Below, in pieces: positions 8,689-19,019 of a stretch of 33,990 nt of DNA. The stretch is from a virus (lineage: Duplodnaviria; Caudoviricetes): positions 1-33,990 of IMG/VR virus record IMGVR_UViG_3300017758_000050; one strand, given 5' to 3'. A program made the position numbers and the translations under genes. Each line of letters begins with the position of its first letter. Position 1 is the stretch's first letter. Below the pieces are notes generated by a model. That model searched no databases. It saw only the letters and a program-made list of their open reading frames with translations, and had not been told where the DNA came from.

Positions 8689-11600
8689 ATGGCAGAGAAA
8701 ACTGATTTAAATATATCACCCTATTATGACGACTACAGTCAGGATAAGAACTTTCACAAAGTTTTATTTCGTGCAAGTCGACCACTTCAGGCAAGGGAAC
8801 TAACTCAGTCTCAATCAATCCTACAGAACCAAATTGAAAGATTTGGTAATCATATATTCGAAGAGGGTTCGATTGTTACTGGTGCTCAGACTGATATCGA
8901 TATGGAACTTTACTATGTTAAAGTAAAGTCTTCCAATCCTAATGTTAATGGTGATTCATCAGTTGAAACATACAGACAATCTTTTCACGGAAAAATAATA
9001 CAAGGTAAAACTACAGGTGTTGTAGGTAAGGTTGTTACTTCTACTGCAGAAACTTCAGACGATAAGATTACAATATTTGTCAGATATCAATCACAAGGAA
9101 CAAATTCAGAAAACTCATTTACATTCGCTGCTGACGAAGAACTACAAGAAGTCACAGTAGATGAAAATGGTGCAATTACTCCAGTAGGAAGTAATAATAA
9201 CAATTTCCAAGTAGATTCATTAACAGTTGATTCAAATCCAACAGGAAGAGGTTCAATTGCAAACATATCAGAAGGTGTTCTATTCTTAAGAGGATTCTTT
9301 GTTAAGGTTCCAGCACAAGAACTTATCTTAGAAAAATACTCAGGTGCTCCTTCATACAGAGTTGGTTTAACTATTACAGAAAAGTTAATATCATCTTCAG
9401 AAGATTCAAGTTTATTAGATAACTCACAAGGAACAACAAACGAAAACGCTGCTGGTGCAGATAGACTTCAGTTTGAAGTTGCATTAAGTAAGTACACACT
9501 TACTACAACTACTGATACAGATTTCGTAGAGTTAGTTAGAGTTAATAAAGGTTTAATCGAACTCAAAGTAGATAAACCAATATACAATGAAATCGAACAT
9601 ACAATGGCACGAAGAACTTTTGATGCAAATGGTGATTTCGTTGTAAGACAATTCGTTCCTAATTTAAAGGAACACTTAGACACCTCAACTAATGGTGGTG
9701 TTTATACAAAGGCAAATGGTGGTGACGAATCTAAATTAGTCATGCAAGTTTCGCCAGGTAAAGCATATGTTAAAGGATATGAAATTGAAAAGATAGGAAC
9801 AACAACAGTTCCGTTGAACAAAGCAAGGTCAGTAGTTTCTTTAGATAATGCAAACACCCCAGTCAGATTAGGAAACAAATTAAGAGTTACTAGTGTCCAT
9901 TCATTACCCGAATTTGGTAATGACTCAGGTAATACTGCACTAGACCCATTCCAAGTTACAAATTTAGTAGACTACACACCAAGTGCTGGTGCCGCAGTTA
10001 CAGGAAATCCAATCGGGTTATGTAGAGTTAGAAATGTTGACGAACAAACTACAAATATATACAACTTATTCTTGTTTGATATCAAAATGTTCACGAAGGT
10101 TTCTTTAAGTAGTATATCTGCATCTAACGAATTCAGTGTTGGAGATAAAATAACAGAAGATACAACAGGTGCAACAGGTATTGTTGCAATAGTAGACGCA
10201 ACTAACAATCTGTTAATGTTACATGACGTTGTTGGTGCATTTACAGTTGGAAATGGTTTATCTTCAAGTGGTTTAACAAATACAGTTAAAGGTAGTGGTG
10301 CAATCACTGGTGTTAGAACATACAATATTGATAGAGTTAGAGGTGTAGTACAAGAATCAAACGATTCAAACAATGAAAGATTTACTGCAAGTGTAGTTTT
10401 AGACAGTGTATTTAACTTAACTGGAACAGGAATATTCGATACAACTACAGGTCTTACAGGTTTCGGAACTAAATTTACTACAGAACTTAAAGAAGGAGAC
10501 GTTATTCATAACCCTGCTTCAGGACAAGATTTAATTGTTGCTTCAGTTACAAGTGATATAGTTGCAACACTTACAGTTGCTTCAACAGCAACATATCAAG
10601 GTGGAGTATCAAGATTACGTGCAACACTTTACGACCAAAACCAAACTGCAAGTATATTTGCATGGCCAAGAAACTGGGTTAAAACACATACAGGTGAATC
10701 AGTCCAAATAAGAAGACAGTTCACAACTGCACTTTCTAATACAGGAACGTTTACTATAGACACTGGTTCTAATGGTACATTCGGTACAGTAAACAAAGAC
10801 AACTTTACAATTGCTGTGGTACAAGGTGCTGGTGGTTCACTTTCAGCAGGAGACTTAATTGACCCCGATACACTTACTGCAAACAATCAACCTTCAGGTT
10901 CAGGACAACAACTTACATTCAGTGGTATCAATGCAAATAATAGTGGTGCAACTGTAAAGGTTTCATATACTGTAATTATAACAGACCCAGTTAACAGAAC
11001 TAAGACATTAAGAGAAGGAAGAATGTTAAAAGTCGGAACTAGTTCTGCTGGAAATACAGTATTCTATGGAACTGCATACGACAATAAAGAAATTACACTA
11101 GGTGTTCCCGATGTATATAAAGTTCGTGGAATATACGAAGGTGTTTCAGGAGATGCAGTACCACCTTCAGGAGTTTTGACTCCTACAACAGGAACCTTTG
11201 TTGTTAACGAAGAGATTGTAGGTCAAACTTCAGATGCACGTGCAAAAATAATTACATTGGGTACAGACCCAGCAGTTTCATACTTCTATTACACTAATGA
11301 TAAAGTGTTCTCTAATACAGAAAGTATTATTGGTCAGACTTCAGGTGCAGTAGGAACAATTGCATCAGTTACAACAGGTTCACCGAACATAACAAACAGA
11401 TACTTCTTTGACAATGGTCAGAGAGATGGTTTCTATGACTTATCAAAAATAGTATTGAAGCCTGGTGAACCAGCACCAAACAATAAAATTCTAGTAGTCT
11501 TTGATTATTTCCAATCATCAGGTGGTGGAGATTACTTTGACGTAAATTCATATAGTTCAATACCATATTCAGATATCCCAGTCTACTCACCAAACAAAGT

Positions 11601-14600
11601 TGACTTAGGTGGATTAGAACCCGATGGAACATTTGAATTATCAGACTCAGTAGATTTCAGACCTCAAGTTGGTCAGATACTAGGGTCAGGAACTTTTGCA
11701 ACAAATAATTCACAAGACCCAACAGACTCTACAAGTATTGTTGACTTATCAGATACAAGTGGAGAAGGTGCAAGATTCTCTCCATTTGGATATGAGAGTG
11801 GACGTTCTTTCTTAGGAACAAGAACAAATATTGCAACAACAAATGCAAGTGCAGTGGACACACCAGTAAGTGGTTCAAGTGTTGTGGGTGATATATCTTT
11901 TTATGTTGGAAGAATAGATAAAGTATTTTTACATAAGTCAGGAATGTTCCAAGTATCAACTGGAAATCCTTCTTTATCACCAACTAAACCTAAGGCAGTT
12001 GACGAAGCAATCGAAATGTTTGAATTGTCAATACCACCTTATACTAATAAGTTAAACCAAATCAGAGTAAGGTCACAAGACCATAGACGATATACTATGA
12101 AAGATATCGGTAAGATTAACAACAGGGTCACTAACTTAGAAAGAATCACTTCACTATCATTACTTGAGAAAGATACTCAATCAAAACAGATATTAGATGC
12201 AGACGGATTCGACAGATATAAGTCAGGTTTCTTAGTAGATAACTTTAGAGGTCATAAGATTGGTGACGTAAATCACCCCGACTATAAGTGTTCTATCGAT
12301 ACTAAAATGGGTATGTTAAGACCTCAGTCTTATCAACAGTTCTTTGATATATCACTAAACCAAAGTGCATCAGCAAACTTCAAAAAGACTGGAGACTTAA
12401 TAACACTTCCGTTTACAGAAATAAATTACGTAGACCAAAGTAAAGCTTCTCGTTCAATCAATGTTAACCCATACCATGTATTTGCATTCGTAGGTAATGT
12501 CAAGTTGACACCCGAAACAGATATATGGCAAGATACAGAACAATTACCCGAAGTTAGAATCAACAGAGAAGGTAATTTTGATGCAGTATTATCAGACAAT
12601 ACAAATGCACTAGGAACAGTTTGGAACTCATGGCAAACCACATGGGCAGGTGAACCAAGTGTAGTGTCTTCAGAAGTTCAAGCAACTTCAAATGGTTCAT
12701 GGTCAGGAGACCCAGCACAAGGTGGTGAATGGGTTGCTGGTTTAGAAATCACTAGAGAAATTACAGAGACACCCGAAATTCAAACAAGAACAGGTGTAAC
12801 AACAAGTGTCGTAGAAGACTTTGTAGAAACAAGAAACGATAGAATTGTTTCAGTATCAATTGTTCCTTTCATGCGTGCAAGAACAATCGAAGTCGATGCA
12901 ACTAACTTGAAGCCTGGTTCAAATCATTACTTCTTCTTTGATAATATAGATGTAAATAGATTTGTTAGACCTCATAGTGGAAGTTTCTCACAAGACGGAG
13001 GAACAACAGTTTCTTCAGGTTGTAAAACAGACGGAAACGGAAGATTACGTGCATTCTTTGAATTACCAAACAATTCAATCGATAAGTTTGCAACAGGACA
13101 AAGAGAATTAAGAATAACATCTTCTGCAAACAATTTAAGTAATCCTGCCTCAAATGGTAGTGCAGTATATCAAGCACAAGGATTACTACAATCTTCACAA
13201 ACAGAAATCGTCTCTACAAGAAATGGTAGAGTGGTTATGGAAAGATTACAAGGTTCAAGGTCAATGTCTAGAAGGGGTGAGAATTTAAACTCTGCACCAG
13301 TAGACACAACTGCACCAGCACTGCCTCAGGCACCTGCTGAAATAGTGAGGGTAAATGACCCACCAGTTGACCAAGTACCACCAGTTGTAGTACCACCTGC
13401 GTCACCAATAGTGTTTGACCCACCAGTGGTATCATGGCCAGACCCACCTGCGATTCTTCCTATTCCTATCAATGATAATAGACAGATATGGGACTCAGAC
13501 AGACCAGGCAGAAGTTCAAGATTAGATAGAGGTTGGGGAGACCCACTTGCACAATCATTCTTATGTGAAGCAGACGGAGGTATGTTCGTATCTTCAGTAG
13601 ACGTGTTCTTTGAAACAAAAGATACTTCAATGCCTGTTTCAGTAGAAATTAGAACTATGGTAAATGGATATCCAGGCCAGACTGTTCTTCCTTTCTCTAC
13701 TGTAACACATAATCCTTCAGCAGTCAATACCTCTGCAGACGGGTCAGTTGCAACAACATTTAATTTCGATTCACCAGTATACGTAGAAGAAAACGTAGAG
13801 TATGCATTAGTTGTATATTCAAATTCAAATGAATACAATATGTTCATTTCAAGAATGGGTGAGAAAGACCTTGCATCAGGACAAACAATCGCAGGTCAAC
13901 CATACGCTGGTTCACTATTCTTATCACAAAATGCTTCTACATGGACTGCAGAACAAACTGATGATATGAAAATCAAAATCAAAACTTGTAGATTTGATAC
14001 TTCAGTTGTGTCAAACTTAAAATTTGAGAACGATGCATTACCTTCAACTAAACTACAAAGTAATCCAATAGAAACATATGTTGGACAAAACTATGTTAAA
14101 GTATATAACTACTTACACGGAATGTATGATACAGTAGGTAGTAAAGACAATGTTATAATGTCGGGTTTAACAGGAGACAGAACTGGTTCACTATTAACAC
14201 TAGGAACAACCTCAGTTTCACAAACACCTTCAGACGGAACTTATAATAATAAAGCAATCACTTCAGGTTCAACTTCAGGAACAGACGCAACACTTGACAT
14301 AGTAGTTTCAAGTGGTGCAGTGTCTAGTGTGTTAATTAGTAATCCAGGCGGAGGATACTTAACTACAGAGACATTAACTATTTCTAATTTTGACGGAAAT
14401 GGAACAAGTATTGATGTTGCAATTTCAACAGTTGGTGAAACACTTGGTGGTATCCCAGTTGATTCTTTAAATGCAACATTTACACAAATTGGAAATAGAG
14501 GAATAGACTCCTACACTGTAACACCCGATTTATCTTCTTTCAATTATAAGAGTGGATACACTGCACTAGCTTCAACAGTTGGTGGTGGAAGTGTTGGACA

Positions 14601-15369
14601 ATCAACAAGAAACTATTACTTTGATGCAATTCATACAATGATTCCTTCTACTTCAATTAAGAATACACAAATTCTTGCAAGTATACAGGGAACTGGAATG
14701 AGTTCACCCGAAGGTGTAATCAGTGGAACTGCATATACTAAGAGAACAGGTAGTGAATTCATTACACTAAACGATAATGCATTCTTTGATTCACCAAGTA
14801 TTGTTGCTTCAACAGTTAACGAACAGAATGAAATGTCAAATACAAAATCATTCAATGTTAACTTACAACTTGCTTCGTTCAACCATAATATTTCTCCAGT
14901 CATAGACGTAGGAACAGTTGGTTGTATAGGTATTGCAAACAGATTAAATAACATAGATAGTAGTTCAGATGTACCTACAGGAACCACATATATTGCCTCT
15001 ACTGAACCCGAAGGGGATTCTAATGCAATGGTATATGTGACACGTAAAGTGAACCTTAAAACACCTGCTACAAGTCTTAAAGTTATTGGAGATTTCTTCA
15101 GACCACCTACTACAGATATTAAGGTCATGTATAAGATAATCAAAAATGACGAAGACACACCATTAGACGATATTGGATTTGAATTCTTCAATACTAATGG
15201 TACACCCGATGTCTCAGTTGAGAATGACGGAAGAAACTTTAAAGAATATGAATTCACTGCAAATGACTTACCCGAATTCAGTGCATTTGCAATTAAAATA
15301 GTAGGACAAGGAACAAACACTTCTGTAGTACCATTAGTTACTGCACTTAGATGTATGGCACTTGCATAA
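8689..15369 (+). CDS. vrlC: Large virion structural protein, VrlC-like (DUF4815-type N-terminus)
   Basis: LNISPYYDDY, LQARELTQ.QSILQNQIERFG, GKAYVKGYEI, RRYTMKDIG, KSGFLVDNF, INVNPY, DPLAQSF motifs; 2226 aa. Confidence 0.85.
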   Translation: MAEKTDLNISPYYDDYSQDKNFHKVLFRASRPLQARELTQSQSILQNQIERFGNHIFEEGSIVTGAQTDIDMELYYVKVKSSNPNVNGDSSVETYRQSFHGKIIQGKTTGVVGKVVTSTAETSDDKITIFVRYQSQGTNSENSFTFAADEELQEVTVDENGAITPVGSNNNNFQVDSLTVDSNPTGRGSIANISEGVLFLRGFFVKVPAQELILEKYSGAPSYRVGLTITEKLISSSEDSSLLDNSQGTTNENAAGADRLQFEVALSKYTLTTTTDTDFVELVRVNKGLIELKVDKPIYNEIEHTMARRTFDANGDFVVRQFVPNLKEHLDTSTNGGVYTKANGGDESKLVMQVSPGKAYVKGYEIEKIGTTTVPLNKARSVVSLDNANTPVRLGNKLRVTSVHSLPEFGNDSGNTALDPFQVTNLVDYTPSAGAAVTGNPIGLCRVRNVDEQTTNIYNLFLFDIKMFTKVSLSSISASNEFSVGDKITEDTTGATGIVAIVDATNNLLMLHDVVGAFTVGNGLSSSGLTNTVKGSGAITGVRTYNIDRVRGVVQESNDSNNERFTASVVLDSVFNLTGTGIFDTTTGLTGFGTKFTTELKEGDVIHNPASGQDLIVASVTSDIVATLTVASTATYQGGVSRLRATLYDQNQTASIFAWPRNWVKTHTGESVQIRRQFTTALSNTGTFTIDTGSNGTFGTVNKDNFTIAVVQGAGGSLSAGDLIDPDTLTANNQPSGSGQQLTFSGINANNSGATVKVSYTVIITDPVNRTKTLREGRMLKVGTSSAGNTVFYGTAYDNKEITLGVPDVYKVRGIYEGVSGDAVPPSGVLTPTTGTFVVNEEIVGQTSDARAKIITLGTDPAVSYFYYTNDKVFSNTESIIGQTSGAVGTIASVTTGSPNITNRYFFDNGQRDGFYDLSKIVLKPGEPAPNNKILVVFDYFQSSGGGDYFDVNSYSSIPYSDIPVYSPNKVDLGGLEPDGTFELSDSVDFRPQVGQILGSGTFATNNSQDPTDSTSIVDLSDTSGEGARFSPFGYESGRSFLGTRTNIATTNASAVDTPVSGSSVVGDISFYVGRIDKVFLHKSGMFQVSTGNPSLSPTKPKAVDEAIEMFELSIPPYTNKLNQIRVRSQDHRRYTMKDIGKINNRVTNLERITSLSLLEKDTQSKQILDADGFDRYKSGFLVDNFRGHKIGDVNHPDYKCSIDTKMGMLRPQSYQQFFDISLNQSASANFKKTGDLITLPFTEINYVDQSKASRSINVNPYHVFAFVGNVKLTPETDIWQDTEQLPEVRINREGNFDAVLSDNTNALGTVWNSWQTTWAGEPSVVSSEVQATSNGSWSGDPAQGGEWVAGLEITREITETPEIQTRTGVTTSVVEDFVETRNDRIVSVSIVPFMRARTIEVDATNLKPGSNHYFFFDNIDVNRFVRPHSGSFSQDGGTTVSSGCKTDGNGRLRAFFELPNNSIDKFATGQRELRITSSANNLSNPASNGSAVYQAQGLLQSSQTEIVSTRNGRVVMERLQGSRSMSRRGENLNSAPVDTTAPALPQAPAEIVRVNDPPVDQVPPVVVPPASPIVFDPPVVSWPDPPAILPIPINDNRQIWDSDRPGRSSRLDRGWGDPLAQSFLCEADGGMFVSSVDVFFETKDTSMPVSVEIRTMVNGYPGQTVLPFSTVTHNPSAVNTSADGSVATTFNFDSPVYVEENVEYALVVYSNSNEYNMFISRMGEKDLASGQTIAGQPYAGSLFLSQNASTWTAEQTDDMKIKIKTCRFDTSVVSNLKFENDALPSTKLQSNPIETYVGQNYVKVYNYLHGMYDTVGSKDNVIMSGLTGDRTGSLLTLGTTSVSQTPSDGTYNNKAITSGSTSGTDATLDIVVSSGAVSSVLISNPGGGYLTTETLTISNFDGNGTSIDVAISTVGETLGGIPVDSLNATFTQIGNRGIDSYTVTPDLSSFNYKSGYTALASTVGGGSVGQSTRNYYFDAIHTMIPSTSIKNTQILASIQGTGMSSPEGVISGTAYTKRTGSEFITLNDNAFFDSPSIVASTVNEQNEMSNTKSFNVNLQLASFNHNISPVIDVGTVGCIGIANRLNNIDSSSDVPTGTTYIASTEPEGDSNAMVYVTRKVNLKTPATSLKVIGDFFRPPTTDIKVMYKIIKNDEDTPLDDIGFEFFNTNGTPDVSVENDGRNFKEYEFTANDLPEFSAFAIKIVGQGTNTSVVPLVTALRCMALA

Positions 15370-15581
15370 TGAAAGATATTGAGTATGTGAAAGTTGAGGG
15401 TCACTCACACTTAGTGAGAGACGAGAGTTCCCACGGAATTGTTAATACAGATATAGAACAATATAAATTAACAATGAAACGTAGAGAACTCATGAAGACA
15501 ACTCGTGAAGAGATAAATAATTTAAAGAGTGACATGGACGATATTAAGAACATGTTATCACAACTTATAGAGAAAGTATAA
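15369..15581 (+). CDS. Conserved small coiled-coil protein found after VrlC in marine T4-like phages
   Basis: ATG overlapping the vrlC stop (TAATG) is a better start than 15351; KVEGH..LVRD....IVN.D motif plus C-terminal heptads. Confidence 0.7.
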   Translation: MKDIEYVKVEGHSHLVRDESSHGIVNTDIEQYKLTMKRRELMKTTREEINNLKSDMDDIKNMLSQLIEKV

Positions 15582-16783
15582 TGGCAAAAACAGTAGACCA
15601 ATTTTCAACGATAGAAAATTTTAGAACCAAGTATAACGAACTTGCTGTTGACGTTGGTGAGTTATCAGGTTTAAGAACTGAAGCAACTAATAATGTAGTT
15701 GATGCACTCAATAGCCTTGAGGATAAAGCATTCTACTTTTCAGAGTTTAAGTATAGTGCAACTGGAGGTCAAACTGTATTCTCAGGTAATGATTCTGCAA
15801 GTAATTCTCTAGTATTCAGAAGTGGAAGAATCCAAGTATATAAAAACTCAGCTCATTTATTGTTAGGAACAGACTATACAATCGGTGGTGCAGACGGAAA
15901 CAAACATACAGAAGTTACTCTTAACTCAGGTGCATCTGCTGGTGACGTTATCACTATCTATGCATATACAGGTTCATACTTAGGAAGTGCAATCGGTGTG
16001 GGTGGTGGAACAGACGGACAGTTTGTTGAAACAGCTGCAAATACTATTTACAACAAAAACAATGATGGTATAATATTAAATGGTTCTTCAACTAATAGAA
16101 CTACAGTTCTTTCAACAAGTGCAAAAATAGAATTTGATTCTAACAATACAGGAATATATTCACAAGAAGATATTACACTTGCAACTGGTAAGAGTTTTGT
16201 TGGAAATGTAACTGGCAACTTAACTGGTGATGTCACTGGAGACGTAACAGGTAATGTTACTGGAACTGCAACACAAGCTTCTAACCTTAATAATCATACA
16301 GCAGCTTCATTACCCGACATAAATTATACCACAACACCTACAAATGGTCAAATCCTTACATGGGACAATGCAAATGGATATTGGGAACCTGCTGATAACC
16401 AATCTCTTTCTTCATTAAGTGGAGATACAGACGACCTTACAGAAGGAGTAACAAATTTATTTTCCACAACAGAAAGAATTCAAGACGCAGCTGCTTCAAT
16501 GATTACAAGTGCAACACATAGTAATATATCAGTTGCATATGATGATAATGTTGGTACACTTACATTTACTGCTGGTGCAACATATGCTGATTCAGACGCA
16601 AGAGGTGCCGTGTCAGGTGGAGACGGACTTGCATACAATAGTACAAGTGGTGTCTTCAGTGTAAATACTGCTAAAGGGATTGAAATAAATAGTGATACTG
16701 TAGAGTTGGATTATGAAATAACCAGTTCTGCACCTAGTAATGCTAGTGGAACAGCAATCGGACATTTATGGTTCGTTATATAA
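15581..16783 (+). CDS. Tail/neck fibre-like protein ending in SAP...GHLWF motif
   Basis: N-terminal TIENFRTKYN motif; GQTVFSG..VYKN..DYT domain; GNVT repeats; TDDLTEG..NLF.T.ER fibre motif. Confidence 0.7.
   Translation: MAKTVDQFSTIENFRTKYNELAVDVGELSGLRTEATNNVVDALNSLEDKAFYFSEFKYSATGGQTVFSGNDSASNSLVFRSGRIQVYKNSAHLLLGTDYTIGGADGNKHTEVTLNSGASAGDVITIYAYTGSYLGSAIGVGGGTDGQFVETAANTIYNKNNDGIILNGSSTNRTTVLSTSAKIEFDSNNTGIYSQEDITLATGKSFVGNVTGNLTGDVTGDVTGNVTGTATQASNLNNHTAASLPDINYTTTPTNGQILTWDNANGYWEPADNQSLSSLSGDTDDLTEGVTNLFSTTERIQDAAASMITSATHSNISVAYDDNVGTLTFTAGATYADSDARGAVSGGDGLAYNSTSGVFSVNTAKGIEINSDTVELDYEITSSAPSNASGTAIGHLWFVI
16202..16264 (+). repeat. 12-bp period coding repeat (G-N/D-V/L-T)x5
   Basis: GNVTGNLTGDVTGDVTGNVTG; a similar tract is at 24660-24710. 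Confidence 0.8.
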
Positions 16784-16792
16784 TGAGATGAA

Positions 16793-18259
16793 ATGGCAGA
16801 CGAAATATACATCAATTTAGGAACAACGATACAACAACCCTATCAAGGGCAAGTTCCTGCTAATGCACAATCAAACGAAACCAAGCAGATTATTAAACAA
16901 ACTCCTGCTAGTTCTCAGACTTCATACAGAAGTCCGAGTCAAACTCCTGCGACTTATAGGAATCCAGTTAGTGGACAACAACCATTAACTAATGTAAGTA
17001 AACAAAGTCCGTTTACATATCAGGCACAAAGTCAATCACCATTTACTTATCAGGTTACGTATCAACACCCAGCAATTTATCAACATAGACAACCAAGTTC
17101 TACACAAAGTCCTTATATTGCTAATGCACAAACTGAAATTGCTGATGTAAGTAAACAAAGTCCATTTACATATCAAGTTCAAAATACACAAGGTCAACAA
17201 CCAACAATTAGAGACAAGCAACAACCAATCATTTATCAATATCAGGCAAGTGCTCAACAACCAACTATTGTAAGAAGTCCATTCACATATCAAAATGTAG
17301 GGTCTGTTAGCACTCAAGAATTCACTCTTACACGTTCACCAATGATTTATTGGTATCAACAGAATATTATATTCGAACCTGAAGCTGTTGATGTTTATCA
17401 AGGGCCTCAAGGTGACGGATATGATAGAATAGGAAGTGTACAGTGGCATACTCAAGTTAGGTCACCAATGATTAGACAGGGTTATCTACAACCTACTAGA
17501 ACACCAATACCAGGCGGGCCAGTTATTGCACAAGGTCAAATACCATTTTCATATTTGCAATATTCAGGTAGAGCTCCAATGATTTACCAACACCAAGCTA
17601 GTTCTGTTCAACAACCGAATACAACCTTTGTTGCACAAAATCCAGTTAATGCACAACAACCTCTTGATTCAAGAAATCCGTTTACATATCCTAGACAAAA
17701 TGTTTCGGGAAGAAGTCCGTTTACGTATCAACATAGGTCACCTTACATTTATCAATATCCTGCTAATATTAGACAACCGATTATCTATCAACATAGACAA
17801 CCTTCTACATATCAGAATAGACAACCGACTCAACAACAAACACCAGTTATTGCAAATCAACAAACAACTGCACAAATTGTTAAAGATAAACAAGAGTCAA
17901 ATCCGTATATTGCTAATAAGAGACAACCACTGATTTATCAAACTAGGTCTCCTTTCACTTATCAAAATCCAGTGAATAGACAGACTGCAACACAAAACAT
18001 TGCAAGACAACCTGCGATTTATCAGACACCTTATCAAGTGAATTACCAACATAGGTCACCTTTCATTTATCAAACACCTTATTCTACAACTAGACCTATC
18101 GGCCCAGTTGCAAAGGTTAAAGCAGTTTACCTAAATGATAATGGGAACCTTAGAAAATTAGAAGAAGTGTATGTAAATGAGAACTCAACACCCGAGAAAA
18201 TACACCAAACAGTACCAGCTGCGAGATTTAGTAAGAATCCAAGTAATACTCAAGTATAA
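16793..18259 (+). CDS. Gln/Pro/Tyr-rich repeat protein A (SPFTY/RQP repeats), putative fibre-tip partner
   Basis: 488 aa with GAG RBS; many (R/Q)SPFTYQ, RQP.IYQ, PYIAN motifs; C-terminal VKAVYLNDNG...EVYVN. Confidence 0.7.
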   Translation: MADEIYINLGTTIQQPYQGQVPANAQSNETKQIIKQTPASSQTSYRSPSQTPATYRNPVSGQQPLTNVSKQSPFTYQAQSQSPFTYQVTYQHPAIYQHRQPSSTQSPYIANAQTEIADVSKQSPFTYQVQNTQGQQPTIRDKQQPIIYQYQASAQQPTIVRSPFTYQNVGSVSTQEFTLTRSPMIYWYQQNIIFEPEAVDVYQGPQGDGYDRIGSVQWHTQVRSPMIRQGYLQPTRTPIPGGPVIAQGQIPFSYLQYSGRAPMIYQHQASSVQQPNTTFVAQNPVNAQQPLDSRNPFTYPRQNVSGRSPFTYQHRSPYIYQYPANIRQPIIYQHRQPSTYQNRQPTQQQTPVIANQQTTAQIVKDKQESNPYIANKRQPLIYQTRSPFTYQNPVNRQTATQNIARQPAIYQTPYQVNYQHRSPFIYQTPYSTTRPIGPVAKVKAVYLNDNGNLRKLEEVYVNENSTPEKIHQTVPAARFSKNPSNTQV

Positions 18260-18264
18260 TTCTG

Positions 18265-18272
18265 TATAAATA
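18265..18272 (+). promoter_or_regulatory. T4-type late promoter TATAAATA
   Basis: Exact consensus; ATG follows after 5 nt. Confidence 0.85.
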
Positions 18273-18277
18273 GTTAT

Positions 18278-18610
18278 ATGGCTATTATTGCAAACATATT
18301 CATCGACCAAGGAACAGACTTTAGTATAACTGTAGATGTTACAGATACAGCTGGAGGTGTTCTAAATATGAGTGGTTATACAGCAGCTGCACAAATCAGA
18401 AAGACCTATGGTTCTTCTAGTGTCAGTTCAACGTTTTCTACTTCTATTGCAGAATCAACAGGTCAAGTCACATTATCACTTTCTGATACTCAGACCAGTG
18501 CTTTAGACTCAGGTAGATATGTTTACGATTTGAACGTGACATCAGGTGGTGGTCAAACGACTAGAGTAGTTGAGGGACAAGCAATTGTCACTCCAGGCGT
18601 AACGAGGTAA
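18278..18610 (+). CDS. Conserved virion structural protein (beta-sandwich, fibre anchor-like)
   Basis: NIFIDQGTDF, GYTAAAQIRK, GRYVYD, RVVEG...VTPGVT pattern common in marine T4-like phages. Confidence 0.7.
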   Translation: MAIIANIFIDQGTDFSITVDVTDTAGGVLNMSGYTAAAQIRKTYGSSSVSSTFSTSIAESTGQVTLSLSDTQTSALDSGRYVYDLNVTSGGGQTTRVVEGQAIVTPGVTR

Positions 18611-18614
18611 TCAT

Positions 18615-18857
18615 ATGACAATAAAAGGAACATTAAGTAGAGTTGCAACCATTGGGGGTAAAATCCAAGGACAGGGTAATATCCGTGCAAAACAGGTTGC
18701 AATTGGTAATTCATCTTCAAGTGTAAATCTATCTGCAAAGTCTATCAATGAACTTTCAGACGTAGATGCAACAGAAACAGATGACGGACTTCTTTCATAT
18801 GATGCAACAACAGACAAGTGGACAACTACAACTATCTTAGATGGTGGAACGTTTTAA
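18615..18857 (+). CDS. Small fibre adaptor protein ending in DGGTF
   Basis: 80 aa; INELSDVD....DGLLSYD....KW fibre repeat; C-terminal LDGGTF. Confidence 0.65.
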   Translation: MTIKGTLSRVATIGGKIQGQGNIRAKQVAIGNSSSSVNLSAKSINELSDVDATETDDGLLSYDATTDKWTTTTILDGGTF

Positions 18858-18860
18858 TTG

Positions 18861-18868
18861 TCTAAATA
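18861..18868 (+). promoter_or_regulatory. Late promoter variant TCTAAATA
   Basis: One mismatch to TATAAATA at the start of a 162-nt intergenic region. Confidence 0.6.
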
Positions 18869-18894
18869 ATACTACACAAACACACTAAATCAAG

Positions 18895-18975
18895 GATACC
18901 GACCAGTGAGGTATCGACCCTCATAGTGAGAGGATAGTTTTATACATTATGAATCTCTCGGGATAGTGAACGAGA
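18895..18975 (+). ncRNA. Candidate cis-regulatory RNA: three hairpins with AGUGA loops
   Basis: GATACC-gaccAGTGA-GGTATC; CCTC-atAGTGA-GAGG; TCTCG-ggatAGTGAa-CGAGA. Confidence 0.5.
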
Positions 18976-19019
18976 ATTAAACATAAATTTTAATTTTTAA
19001 AAAAACTAGGAATATAAAA

